Source: Macrostomum hystrix
Taxonomy: Eukaryota; Animalia; Platyhelminthes
Direction: 5' to 3'
Assembly: GCA_950097015.1 (NCBI GenBank)
Contig: CATNEN010000002.1
Span: 8,060,001-8,124,000 of the forward strand
DNA: 64,000 bases
Each line of letters starts with the position of its first letter. The stretch's first letter is position 1. Below, piece after piece: positions 12,701 through 23,100 of the stretch. The notes beneath the pieces were generated by a model. The model was not told where the DNA came from, searched no databases, and worked only from the letters and a program-made list of their open reading frames with translations. The position numbers and the translations under genes are program-made.

Positions 12701-15700
12701 GAGTCGAGTCACCCCGGATCGCTACGATGCCATCGTGTCTGCGGAGATCCCAGACCCACAGCGGCAGCCAGTGCTGCACGAGCTGGTCAAGACCCACATG
12801 ATCCACGGGCCGTGTGGCGAGCTGAACCCGGCCTGCCCTTGCATGGAGAACGGCAAGTGCAGCAAGAGCTTCCCGAAGGACTTCCAGCCGGTGACGCTGA
12901 CGAGCGACAGCGGCTATCCGTTCTACAGGAGGCGCTCCCCTGAGATGGGAGGCTTCACGGTGGACAAACTGTTCAAGGGTCGCAGCATCCAAATGGACAA
13001 CAGGTGAGTCAGTAGCTGCGTGGCCATAGCATTTCTGTGCTCTGCAAGCCGCTGCTTCCCTCCAATCACCAGGTGGGTGGTGCCATACAACCCTGACCTG
13101 CTGCTACAGTTCGCGTGCCATTTGAACGTAGAGGTTTGTGCCACTGTCAAGTCTGTCAAGTACGTGATCAAGTACTTGATGAAGAATGGCGACATGGCGG
13201 TTTTCAAAGTCGCCGCCGCCGCAGGAGCTGCTGAAGCTCAGCCGAGTGCTCAATCTGAGCAGCCGGAGAAGCCCCGTGATGAAATCTCCGAGTACCTGTC
13301 TGCACGCTACATTGGTCCGATGGAAGCTGTTAACACCATCTTGGCCTTTGAGGTAATTGCTCTGCTCTGCTTTCATTGCCTGTGCTTTTAGTACTGCATT
13401 ACGTTTTTTTCAGCAGCTCTGATGCTCAAAAAATATCCTCACCTTTGCCCAGGTGCACAACAGGTTCCCAGCGGTCATCCGACTCTGTGTGCACAAGTCG
13501 GAAGAGCAGCTCGTGTACTTCAACGAGCAGACCGCGGGCGCCAGAGCAAAGGCGCCACGAGACTCGACACTGACGGCCTTCTTCAAGCTGTGCCGCACTG
13601 ACGAGTTCGCCCGCCTGCTACTCTACACAGAGGTGCCCACCTTCTTCGTGTGGCACCCGAGTGCGAGAGAGTGGCGTCGAGCCAAGCAGGGCGTCGATGT
13701 CGAAGGACATCCCGGCGTGAAGCGCAACACCAACATTGCGCGGATGTACACGGTCAGTCCTAGAGCTGGTGACCTGTTCTACCTGCGGCTGTTGCTGCTG
13801 CACGTGCGAGGACCGACCAGCTTCGAGTCGCTGCAGACCGTGGCCGGCGTGCATTGTGCCAGCGCCAAGGCCGCCTGCATGGCTCTCGGCCTGCTGCAGC
13901 GTGATGATCACTGGCATCGCTGCATGACTGAGGCTGTCCAGAGCCGAATGCCGCGAGCTCTGAGGCACCTGCTGGCTGTCGTTCTCATCTGGGGCGAGCC
14001 AGACGACGGCGCTGATCTGTGGAGCAGGTTTGCAGAGGATCTCTGCGAAGACCTGCGCTTCCACCAACCGGACTTAAGCGCCGAGGAAGTCAGCGACCTG
14101 GCTCTGCGGGAGCTGCAGAGCATGCTGACGTCAATGGGCGGCCGCAGTCTGCAAGAGTACGGACTGCCTGCTGCCTCTGCAATGCCGCAAGTCGGGCCGC
14201 TGCAGTTTGACACGTTCGAACAGGCGGAGATCACCGAGATGCGGCTGCCAATGCTCACGGCCGAGCAGATGGCCATCTACGAGGCTGTGACTGTGGATCT
14301 TGTCGCTGGCTCGGGCGGCCTGCATTTCATTGACGCTCCGGCAGGCACTGGCAAGACCTTCCTGCTGGAGGTTTTGCTGGCGTTTGTGCGGAGTCGAGGG
14401 GAAGTCGCCCTGGCTGTTGCCTCGTCGGGAATCGCAGCCACCCTGCTGCCAGGCGGGCAGACGGCACATTCAACGTGCGTTTTTTAATGGAAATCAAATT
14501 CACACTTAATGTTCTCCTGCTCATTCAGTCTCAATCTACATTTTTCGCCAGATTCAAGATCCCAGTGCGGCTGGTTCGCTCTGACAAGGACGTGTGTTCT
14601 GTCCGAGCGCAGTCTAAGCTGGCCGCAGTCTTTCGCACTGTACGGCTGATCGTCTGGGACGAGATCTCCATGACAAACCGGAAGGACCTGGAGGCTGTCG
14701 ACCGCAGTCTGCGAGACCTGCGGAAGCAGGACTGCCCGTTCGGCGGAATCGTCGTGGTCTGCGCTGGAGACTTTCGCCAGCTGCTGCCGGTGGTGAAAAA
14801 TGGCACGCGCGCTAACAACATCCTGGCGTGTGTTAGCAAGTCCCCGCTGTGGTCTTTGTTCCGGAGGCACCGCCTATCCAAGAACATCCGGCTGCAGAGC
14901 TGTGCTGATGCTGAGCTGTACCATCGCTATATGCAGCTGCTCATGCAGGTAAGCTTTGTTCTTGCTGTTTTTAGATAACCTCACAGGCTGCAGTTCTCGT
15001 GCATTTACCTGCCAACCCCACACAGATCGGCTCTGGGGTAGCCGATCAGTCAGACGACACGGTCTGCCTTCCTGCCAAGATCATCATTCCGACGGAGGCA
15101 CCGCTGTCCGAGCTGATCCAGTTCGTGTACCCTTCGTTCGAGGCGTCAGCGGAGCGCGACGGCTACTTTGCCAGCCGAGCCATTCTGGCGCCCTACAACG
15201 ATGCGGTTGACGCGATCAACAACGAGTGCCTGGCCATGTTCCCAGGCCAACTGCGCGAGTATCGCTCAGTGGACAGCGTGGCTGACGAGGAAGCGGCCAC
15301 GCACTTTCCTCCGGAGCTGCTGAATCAGCTGGATGCTCCGAACTTCCCTGCTCACCTGCTGAAGCTCAAGGTGGGCATGCCGCTGGTTCTGCTGCGGAAT
15401 CTGAATCCGCCACGGCTGTGCAACGGCACCCGGCTGATCATCCTGGAGCTGGGCGAGAATGTGCTGCGCTGCAAAGTCGCTGCCGGCCAGTTCACTGGAG
15501 ATGAGATCCTGCTGCCGCGGATTCCACTGGAGCCCAACAATGCTGACCTGCCAGTCTGCTTCAAGCGGCTGCAGTTCCCAGTCAAGCCGAGCTTCTGCCT
15601 GACGATCCACAAGTCGCAGGGCCAGTCGCTCGACACCGTGGGCATCGACCTAGCTGTCGGCTGCTTCGCCCACGGCCAGCTGTACACGGCGCTGTCCCGG

Positions 15701-15784
15701 GCCAAGAATGTCGACAGCGTGCGCGTCCGGATCTCCGGTGAGCGGACGAGAAATGTCGTGTACCCTGAGGTGCTGAGTGACTGA
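9753..15784 (+). CDS. Helitron Rep/Helicase transposase, 9 exons, 1716 aa (STPR repeats - OTU - Zn-finger-like - Rep HUH - Pif1 helicase)
   Basis: Exons 9753-10162, 10355-10939, 11094-11678, 11804-12573, 12661-13003, 13073-13352, 13453-14474, 14552-14948, 15026-15784. All introns are GT-AG with matching phases; total 5151 nt, open. Motifs: CNDCGALLWAKE..CCAKGKV; RYNLPTANEV; Rep motif II EYQKRG|LPHVHFLLW; motif III DNR|WVVPYNP..VKYVIKYLMK; Walker A DAPAGTGKT; GGQTAHST|FKIP; Walker B IVWDEISM; GDFRQLLPV; TIHKSQGQS; GQLYTALSR. Confidence 0.95.
9810..10140 (+). other. STPR-like 23-aa charged helical repeats in transposase exon 1
   Basis: ETEAERAARLEEQRQRIAERRDV is exactly 23 aa, repeated ~4 times; resembles the ETxxxRAxRL STPR repeats of silkworm FMBP-1. 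Confidence 0.75.
10355..10939 (+). other. OTU-family cysteine protease (deubiquitinase-like) domain, transposase exon 2
   Basis: IIGDGNCFFYAVCDQL (catalytic Asp/Cys loop) and LLRHEHYESL (catalytic His loop). Confidence 0.85.
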
Positions 15785-16030
15785 ACCTCGGTATCACAAG
15801 TTGAGCCACCTGATATGTAAATGGTGTTTAACACCATGGGCCCATGGAAGGCATATCAGTTCAAATCCTGTTACAGTGGCACTAAAAACCTTAAAAACAA
15901 GTGCACCACCATAGTTAAAGCCATTTAGTCAGATTATTACCAGCCAAAATCTGAAGCATATAAAAACTAGCACCTAAAATATAACAATTTTCGTTAAAGA
16001 CAATTCAGTGCAGATATATTATGGCTAAAA

Positions 16031-16706
16031 ATAATTGAGCGTTTTATGTGCGAAAATTGCAAGCAAAAGCTTGAAAAAAATTAGACATATATAGATTAGC
16101 TAGAAATAATTGAGCACTTCATGTGCGAAAATTGCAAGCAAAAGCTTGAAAAAAATTAGACAAATATAGATTAGCTAGAAATAATTGAGCACTTTATGTG
16201 CGAAAATTGCAAGCAAAAGCTTGAAAAAAATTAGACAAATATAGATTAGCTAGAAATAATTGAGCACTTTATGTGCGAAAATTGCAAGCAAAAGCTTGAA
16301 AAAAATTAGACAAATATAGATTAGCTAGAAATAATTGAGCACTTTATGTGCGAAAATTGCAAGCAAAAGCTTGAAAAAAATTAGACAAATATAGATTAGC
16401 TAGAAATAATTGAGCACTTCATGTGCGAAAATTGCAAGCAAAAGCTTGAAAAAAATTAGACAAATATAGATTAGCTAGAAATAATTGAGCACTTCATGTG
16501 CGAAAATTGCAAGCAAAAGCTTGAAAAAAATTAGACAAATATAGATTAGCTAGAAATAATTGAGCACTTCATGTGCGAAAATTGCAAGCAAAAGCTTGAA
16601 AAAAATTAGACAAATATAGATTAGCTAGAAATAATTGAGCACTTCATGTGCGAAAATTGCAAGCAAAAGCTTGAAAATAAAATGTAGACAAATATAGATT
16701 AGCATT
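16031..16706. repeat. 75-bp tandem repeat, ~9 copies
   Basis: ATAATTGAGCACTT(T/C)ATGTGCGAAAATTGCAAGCAAAAGCTTGAAAAAAATTAGACAAATATAGATTAGCTAGAA starts at 16031, 16106, 16181 ... 16631. Confidence 0.95.
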
Positions 16707-16964
16707 GTAAGGTTTCGTGCCACTGTAGTGAGAGCAGGTTGGCTGCATAGTGTGGGCCCTGAGAAGCAGTTGAAAAGTACATGTTCGCTACTTTCATGAT
16801 CCATACTTTCTTCTGCTTAAACTGGAGAGACTATGCAGCCATGGTCTGAAGTAGCCTTAGCAGACCTGTAGGCTCCTTGTGATGCTTAATTCGAGAGTAA
16901 ACAGCTGTTCCCAGCTGCTGAGTGTGCTGAGTGCATTGCTTAGCCCCCATGCATGTCTCCCACG

Positions 16965-19593
16965 ATGCGGAGTTGAAGCCAGCAAGCAGAAAGACTGACA
17001 CCTGAGAATAGATCCATTTGATCAAACTGTGCAGGGTTTCTGGTCTTGCTGGTGGCAAACTCTGCAGAAGCATCTGCCCAACCCCCCACCTCACTACTAA
17101 TTTTATTGTCACTGAAATATGAGAATGAGTTTGCTGTTATTAACTGGCATAAAGTGGATTGATTGCTACATTTCTTATTTTACTATTATTGACTTCTCAA
17201 ATTCAATCTTCCATGCGGAGTTGAAGCCAGCAAGCAGAAAGACTGACACCTGAGAATAGATCCATTTGATCAAACTGTGCAGGGTTTCTGGTCTTGCTGG
17301 TGTCAAACTCTGCAGAAGCATCTGCCCAACCCCCCACCTCACTACTAATTTTATTGTCACTGAAATATGAGAATGAGTTTGCTGTTATTAACTGGCATAA
17401 AGTGGATTGATTGCTACATTTCTTATTTTACTATTATTGACTTCTCAAATTCAATCTTCCATGCGGAGTTGAAGCCAGCAAGCAGAAAGACTGACACCTG
17501 AGAATAGATCCATTTGATCAAACTGTGCAGGGTTTCTGGTCTTGCTGGTGGCAAACTCTGCAGAAGCATCTGCCCAACCCCCACCTCACTACTAATTTTA
17601 TTGTCACTGAAATATGAGAATGAGTTTGCTGTTATTAACTGGCATAAAGTGGATTGATTGCTACATTTCTTATTTTACTATTATTGACTTCTCAAATTCA
17701 ATCTTCCATGCGGAGTTGAAGCCAGCAAGCAGAAAGACTGACACCTGAGAATAGATCCATTTGATCAAACTGTGCAGGGTTTCTGGTCTTGCTGGTGTCA
17801 AACTCTGCAGAAGCATCTGCCCAACCCCCACCTCACTACTAATTTTATTGTCACTGAAATATGAGAATGAGTTTGCTGTTATTAACTGGCATAAAGTGGA
17901 TTGATTGCTACATTTCTTATTTTACTATTATTGACTTCTCAAATTCAATCTTCCATGCGGAGTTGAAGCCAGCAAGCAGAAAGACTGACACCTGAGAATA
18001 GATCCATTTGATCAAACTGTGCAGGGTTTCTGGTCTTGCTGGTGTCAAACTCTGCAGAAGCATCTGCCCAACCCCCCACCTCACTACTAATTTTATTGTC
18101 ACTGAAATATGAGAATGAGTTTGCTGTTATTAACTGGCATAAAGTGGATTGATTGCTACATTTCTTATTTTACTATTATTGACTTCTCAAATTCAATCTT
18201 CCATGCGGAGTTGAAGCCAGCAAGCAGAAAGACTGACACCTGAGAATAGATCCATTTGATCAAACTGTGCAGGGTTTCTGGTCTTGCTGGTGGCAAACTC
18301 TGCAGAAGCATCTGCCCAACCCCCCACCTCACTACTAATTTTATTGTCACTGAAATATGAGAATGAGTTTGCTGTTATTAACTGGCATAAAGTGGATTGA
18401 TTGCTACATTTCTTATTTTACTATTATTGACTTCTCAAATTCAATCTCCCATGCGGAGTTGAAGCCAGCAAGCAGAAAGACTGACACCTGAGAATAGATC
18501 CATTTGATCAAACTGTGCAGGGTTTCTGGTCTTGCTGGTGGCAAACTCTGCAGAAACATCTGCCCAACCCCCCACCTCACTACTGATTTGAATGTCACTG
18601 AAATATGAGAATGAGTTTGCTGTTATTAACTGGCATAAAGTGGATTGATTGCTACATTTCTTATTTTACTATTATTGACTTCTCAAATTCAATCTTCCAT
18701 GCGGAGTTGAAGCCAGCAAGCAGAAAGACTGACACCTGAGAATAGATCCATTTGATCAAACTGTGCAGGGTTTCTGGTCTTGCTGGTGGCAAACTCTGCA
18801 GAAACATCTGCCCAACCCCCCACCTCACTACTGATTTGAATGTCACTGAAATATGAGAATGAGTTTGCTGTTATTAACTGGCATAAAGTGGATTGATTGC
18901 TACATTTCTTATTTTACTATTATTGACTTCTCAAATTCAATCTTCCATGCGGAGTTGAAGCCAGCAAGCAGAAAGACTGACACCTGAGAATAGATCCATT
19001 TGATCAAACTGTGCAGGGTTTCTGGTCTTGCTGGTGTCAAACTCTGCAGAAGCATCTGCCCAACCCCCCACCTCACTACTGATTTGAATGTCACTGAAAT
19101 ATGAGAATGAGTTTGCTGTTATTAACTGGCATAAAGTGGATTGATTGCTACATTTCTTATTTTACTATTATTGACTTCTCAAATTCAATCTTCCATGCGG
19201 AGTTGAAGCCAGCAAGCAGAAAGACTGACACCTGAGAATAGATCCATTTGATCAAACTGTGCAGGGTTTCTGGTCTTGCTGGTGTCAAACTCTGCAGAAG
19301 CATCTGCCCAACCCTCCACCTCACTACTGATTTGAATGTCACTGAAATATGTGAGAATGAGTTTGCTGTTATTAACTGGCATAAAGTGGATTGATTGCTA
19401 CATTTCTTATTTTACTATTATTGACTTCTCAAATTCAATCTTCCATGCGGAGTTGAAGCCAGCAAGCAGAAAGACTGACACCTGAGAATAGATCCATTTG
19501 ATCAAACTGTGCAGGGTTTCTGGTCTTGCTGGTGGCAAACTCTGCAGAAGCATCTGCCCAACCCCCACCTCACTACTAATTTTATTGTCACTG
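16965..19593. repeat. 248-bp satellite, left arm (~10.6 monomers)
   Basis: ATGCGGAGTTGAAGCC recurs every 247-250 bp from 16965. Confidence 0.97.
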
Positions 19594-19977
19594 TGTAACA
19601 GGGCTTGTCTCTCTACTTTTCTCTCTAATGGTAGCGTATCACTCGGCACGAGCGGTTTAACCTTTTAAGGCACTGGCTTACTATTCTCCAGTCTTTGCTG
19701 GGCGTTTTCTGTGGATCAGAGGGTCACAGCCTCAAATAACCAACTCAACACTTTTCTTCTTCAGTAATAGCTTATTTGCTTTTCGCCACACTGGTACGTT
19801 GATTTGTCTCAACTGAATTACACTCGTTTATATACACAAAAGAAAATGTTTGTTAAAGTAAACGAATTTGACAAAATATTTAAAATATGTTACATATAAA
19901 AAATATTTTGCGCATTCAAACAAAAAGCATAGGCACGAATTTGACTTTAAAGAAATAATAAAAGCATCCCTACTACA
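19594..19977 (-). repeat. Gypsy 3' LTR (384 bp)
   Basis: Identical to 25752-26135 except T19795 vs C25953. Confidence 0.97.
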
Positions 19978-19991
19978 ACTTGCCTTCCCTA
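19978..19991 (-). promoter_or_regulatory. Gypsy polypurine tract
   Basis: Minus strand AGGGAAGGCAAGT immediately before the 3' LTR. Confidence 0.7.
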
Positions 19992-20178
19992 AAATAAAAA
20001 TTGAATAAAGCATGAGTGATATTTTTAGTAATAATATTATTTAAGCCGCATGAGTCAATTTTACTTTATGTAGCATCAGGTCACCGTCCTCAGTCCCGTC
20101 GCCTCTGCTTCTTTGCCGATGCTGCTGCCACCGCTGCTGCTGCCGCCGCTGTCACTGCCGCCGCTGCTGCTGCTGCCG

Positions 20179-23100
20179 TCACTGGTAGTGGGAGTACCGC
20201 TTCCTTGGCACAAAGCCATACTTGTTAGGCTTACGCGGTGCCTCCCTGCGATTCGCGACAGGTGTCGGACCTGCTGGCTCATTGATGACTGTAGGCTTTC
20301 TTGGCCGCAGGTTGTACCGCACCTCTCGCCACTGAAGTGGTGCTGCCGTTCCACTGGCTACATCCGCTCGGTCCTCAGCCTCCTCCTCACAGGCTGGTTC
20401 CTCCACAACATCATGGTCTGGTGGTTCAGCTTCAGGTTCTTCTTCGTTATCTTCTTCCGACTCTTCTAACTCTTCCTCCGTTTCCGTTTCAGAATCTTCG
20501 ATAAGTTCTGCCGAACTTCCGGAATCTGTGTCAGAGTCTTCATCAGTTTCTTCAATCTCACTTCCACTTATGTCTGTCTCTTTGCAAGCTCTCCATTGAA
20601 TTCTTTCCTCTTCTGAGTCAGAGCTTTCTTCTTGCTCGATTTCTTGAACTGCCTTTTTCAGAATCTTAGGTTGCACTTCCTTTCTTTTCTGGATCTTCTG
20701 GGCAGTCTCCTGCCTTCCCTTATCTGTTGGTTCTCTCTTCTCCATGTCAGAACTTTCGGGCATGCCCGTGGCTTTGACCGAGTTCGGTACAGGAGTCAGA
20801 TTATTCCGGTGTACCAGCATCATGGCACCGATTAGTTTTCCATTCTCCTCTTTCTGGACTCTGAAAACTGTGTCCGAAAGCTTAGCCAACACTCTGTAAG
20901 AGGCTCTCTTCTTTCGGTGAAATTTATTGCTCTCGTCACCATGCAACTGTGGATTGTTTATCAATACGAGACCGCCGATTGGCACGGCCTTGGTGATCAC
21001 TGTCTCAGCAGCCTGCTCCCGACGGTCTCGCACCTTTTCTAATTTCTTCTGAACCACCTTCTGCATCTCCTCAATTCTTTTAGCATGATCAGCTACATAG
21101 CTAGGATAGTCGTAGTACAATCTGGGCCTTTTGACAACACTGTCTATTGGCAACTCCGCCTCACGTCCGAACAATAGATAATGTGGAGTGAATCCTGTTG
21201 TCTGATTTACACTCGTTCGAACAGCCACTAAAGCTGCTGGGATCAACAGGTCCCAGTCGGAGTGGTCTTTCTCAACTAGACAGGTGATGATGGACTTTAT
21301 CTGACGGTTAAATCTTTCTACAAGGCCGTTGCTTTGCGCATGATATGGCGTCGTGCAGGTATGCTTGATACCATACAATGTACAAAACGCCTGGAACTGA
21401 CGGCTCACAAAAGTTTTCCCGTTGTCAGTGTGGATCCAACGGCACTGACCATACTCGCTAAAAATTCTTTCTTGTAGGAGTTTTATGACTGTGTCCGACT
21501 TTTGATTTCTGATTGGAAATGCAAACGGGAACTTAGTAGTGCTGTCGATGACTGTCAGCACGTACTTGTGTCCTCGTCGGCTTTCTTTAGAAATCGGCCC
21601 AATCAGATCAATGTGTAGGCGATGGAATGCCTCGCACACAGGGAATGTTTGCACCGGTGCCTTCACCTTATTGCCTGCTTTACTCTCGAGGCATGGGATG
21701 CACTCGGCCACATAATTCTCTACAGTAGTAACTAGGCCAGGTTTCCAGAATCGCTCTCGTACCTTTTGTACGGTTTTATCTCGTCCAAGATGTCCTGCTA
21801 AAGGACTGTCATGCAATTCTCGGAGGACCTCTTTTTCTATTCCACTCGGAAGTACTACTTTCCGGGTACCGTCAGTCACGATGGTTAACATTCCATCCTC
21901 AATCTTCATCTGCTCGTATGATTTGATCATCTTTTTCAGCTCGTGGCTAGCCCCTGTAGGTAATTCTGGCCTCAGTATTCCTTGTTCCTTCCACTCAATC
22001 AGGATTTTAACGTCCTGATCCTCTCTCTGTGCAATAACCAGCTGTTCCTTCGTCAGTGGTACTGACAGGAAATCTGTTAATAATTTTCGGCATGCCGTTG
22101 TCTCTTCCAATTCCTCATCTTCGAAATAGTCTCTTGCGTCCACGAAAATTTCATTCGCATCATCATCATCTGTATCGATGCCACTGTCTGTCTGACAGCT
22201 CTGACTCATCATGGCTCGTCCAGTGATTTGACTTTGGTTAATCTTTGCTTCAGAAGCCTCTTTAATTTCCGATGGTCTTCTAGACAAGCTGTCTGCATTG
22301 CTATGCTTAGCTCCGCTTCTATGCTGGATCTCGTACTGAAACTCACTCAACCGTTCGATCCACCTTCCTAAAATACCCTGGGCTTCTGTTTGACGTAGTA
22401 GCCACAGGATCGCTTTGTGGTCGGTACGTGCCAAGAACTTCTTCCCGATCAAATAGAATCGGAAGTGTTTCATACCATCCACCAAGGCGAGCAATTCCTT
22501 TCGTGTTATCGGATATCGTTTTTCAGATTCCGTCATTGCCCTGCTGAAATAGGCGATTGGTCTTTCTACTCCATCTGCCTGGATTTGTCCAAGACAGGCT
22601 CCTATCCTTCCTTCGGATGCATCAGTGTCTAACACCATTTTGACATTTTCATATTCTGAAAATTCGGGATAAGCCAACACATCGGTGGACATCATTTTCT
22701 GTTTTAGAAGTGCAAACGCCTCGTCATGTTTCGAGTTCCATTTCTCCTTAAAGTTCGTTATACCCTTTTTGGTTAACTGAAACAGCGGATGCGCTGCTTC
22801 GGCATAGTCCTTAACGAATCTACAATAGTAGTTGCATAGGCCCAAGAAACTTCTTAATTCCTTGACGTCTTGCGGAGTAGGCCATGATCGGATGGCTTCG
22901 ATTTTGGCCGGATCTGTTCGAATTCCATTTCGGCCTACTATGTGGCCTAGATATTTCAGTTCTTCTTGAAACAGATTACATTTTCTTGGTCTCAATTTCA
23001 GTCCAGCTTCGGATAATCTCCGGAACACTTCTCGTAGGTGACACAGATGTTCATCGAATTCCTTCGAGTAAGTAACGATATCGTCGATGTACGACATCGC

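Noticed and set aside
10729-15837. Numerous overlapping antisense and alternate-frame ORFs within the Helitron gene (likewise within the BEL element)
   Set aside because: Expected shadow ORFs of GC-rich coding sequence; none carries a recognisable motif.
15790-16706. Helitron 3' end directly after the helicase gene
   Set aside because: Palindromes exist (CCATGGGCCCATGG; CTGATATG/CATATCAG) but are not followed by CTRR. The CTAG in the 75-bp unit has no upstream GC hairpin.
19630-19705. Functional tRNA-Leu gene inside the LTR
   Set aside because: The A-box is interrupted by insertions, and the B-box, T-arm and 3' acceptor strand are absent, so no cloverleaf can form. Reported instead as primer-complementary sequence.
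20016-20504. Short ORFs near the Gypsy 3' end as env or an antisense gene
   Set aside because: They derive from (GCT/GCC)n repeats and the reverse strand of the acidic tail; no signal peptide, fusion peptide or transmembrane architecture of an envelope protein.
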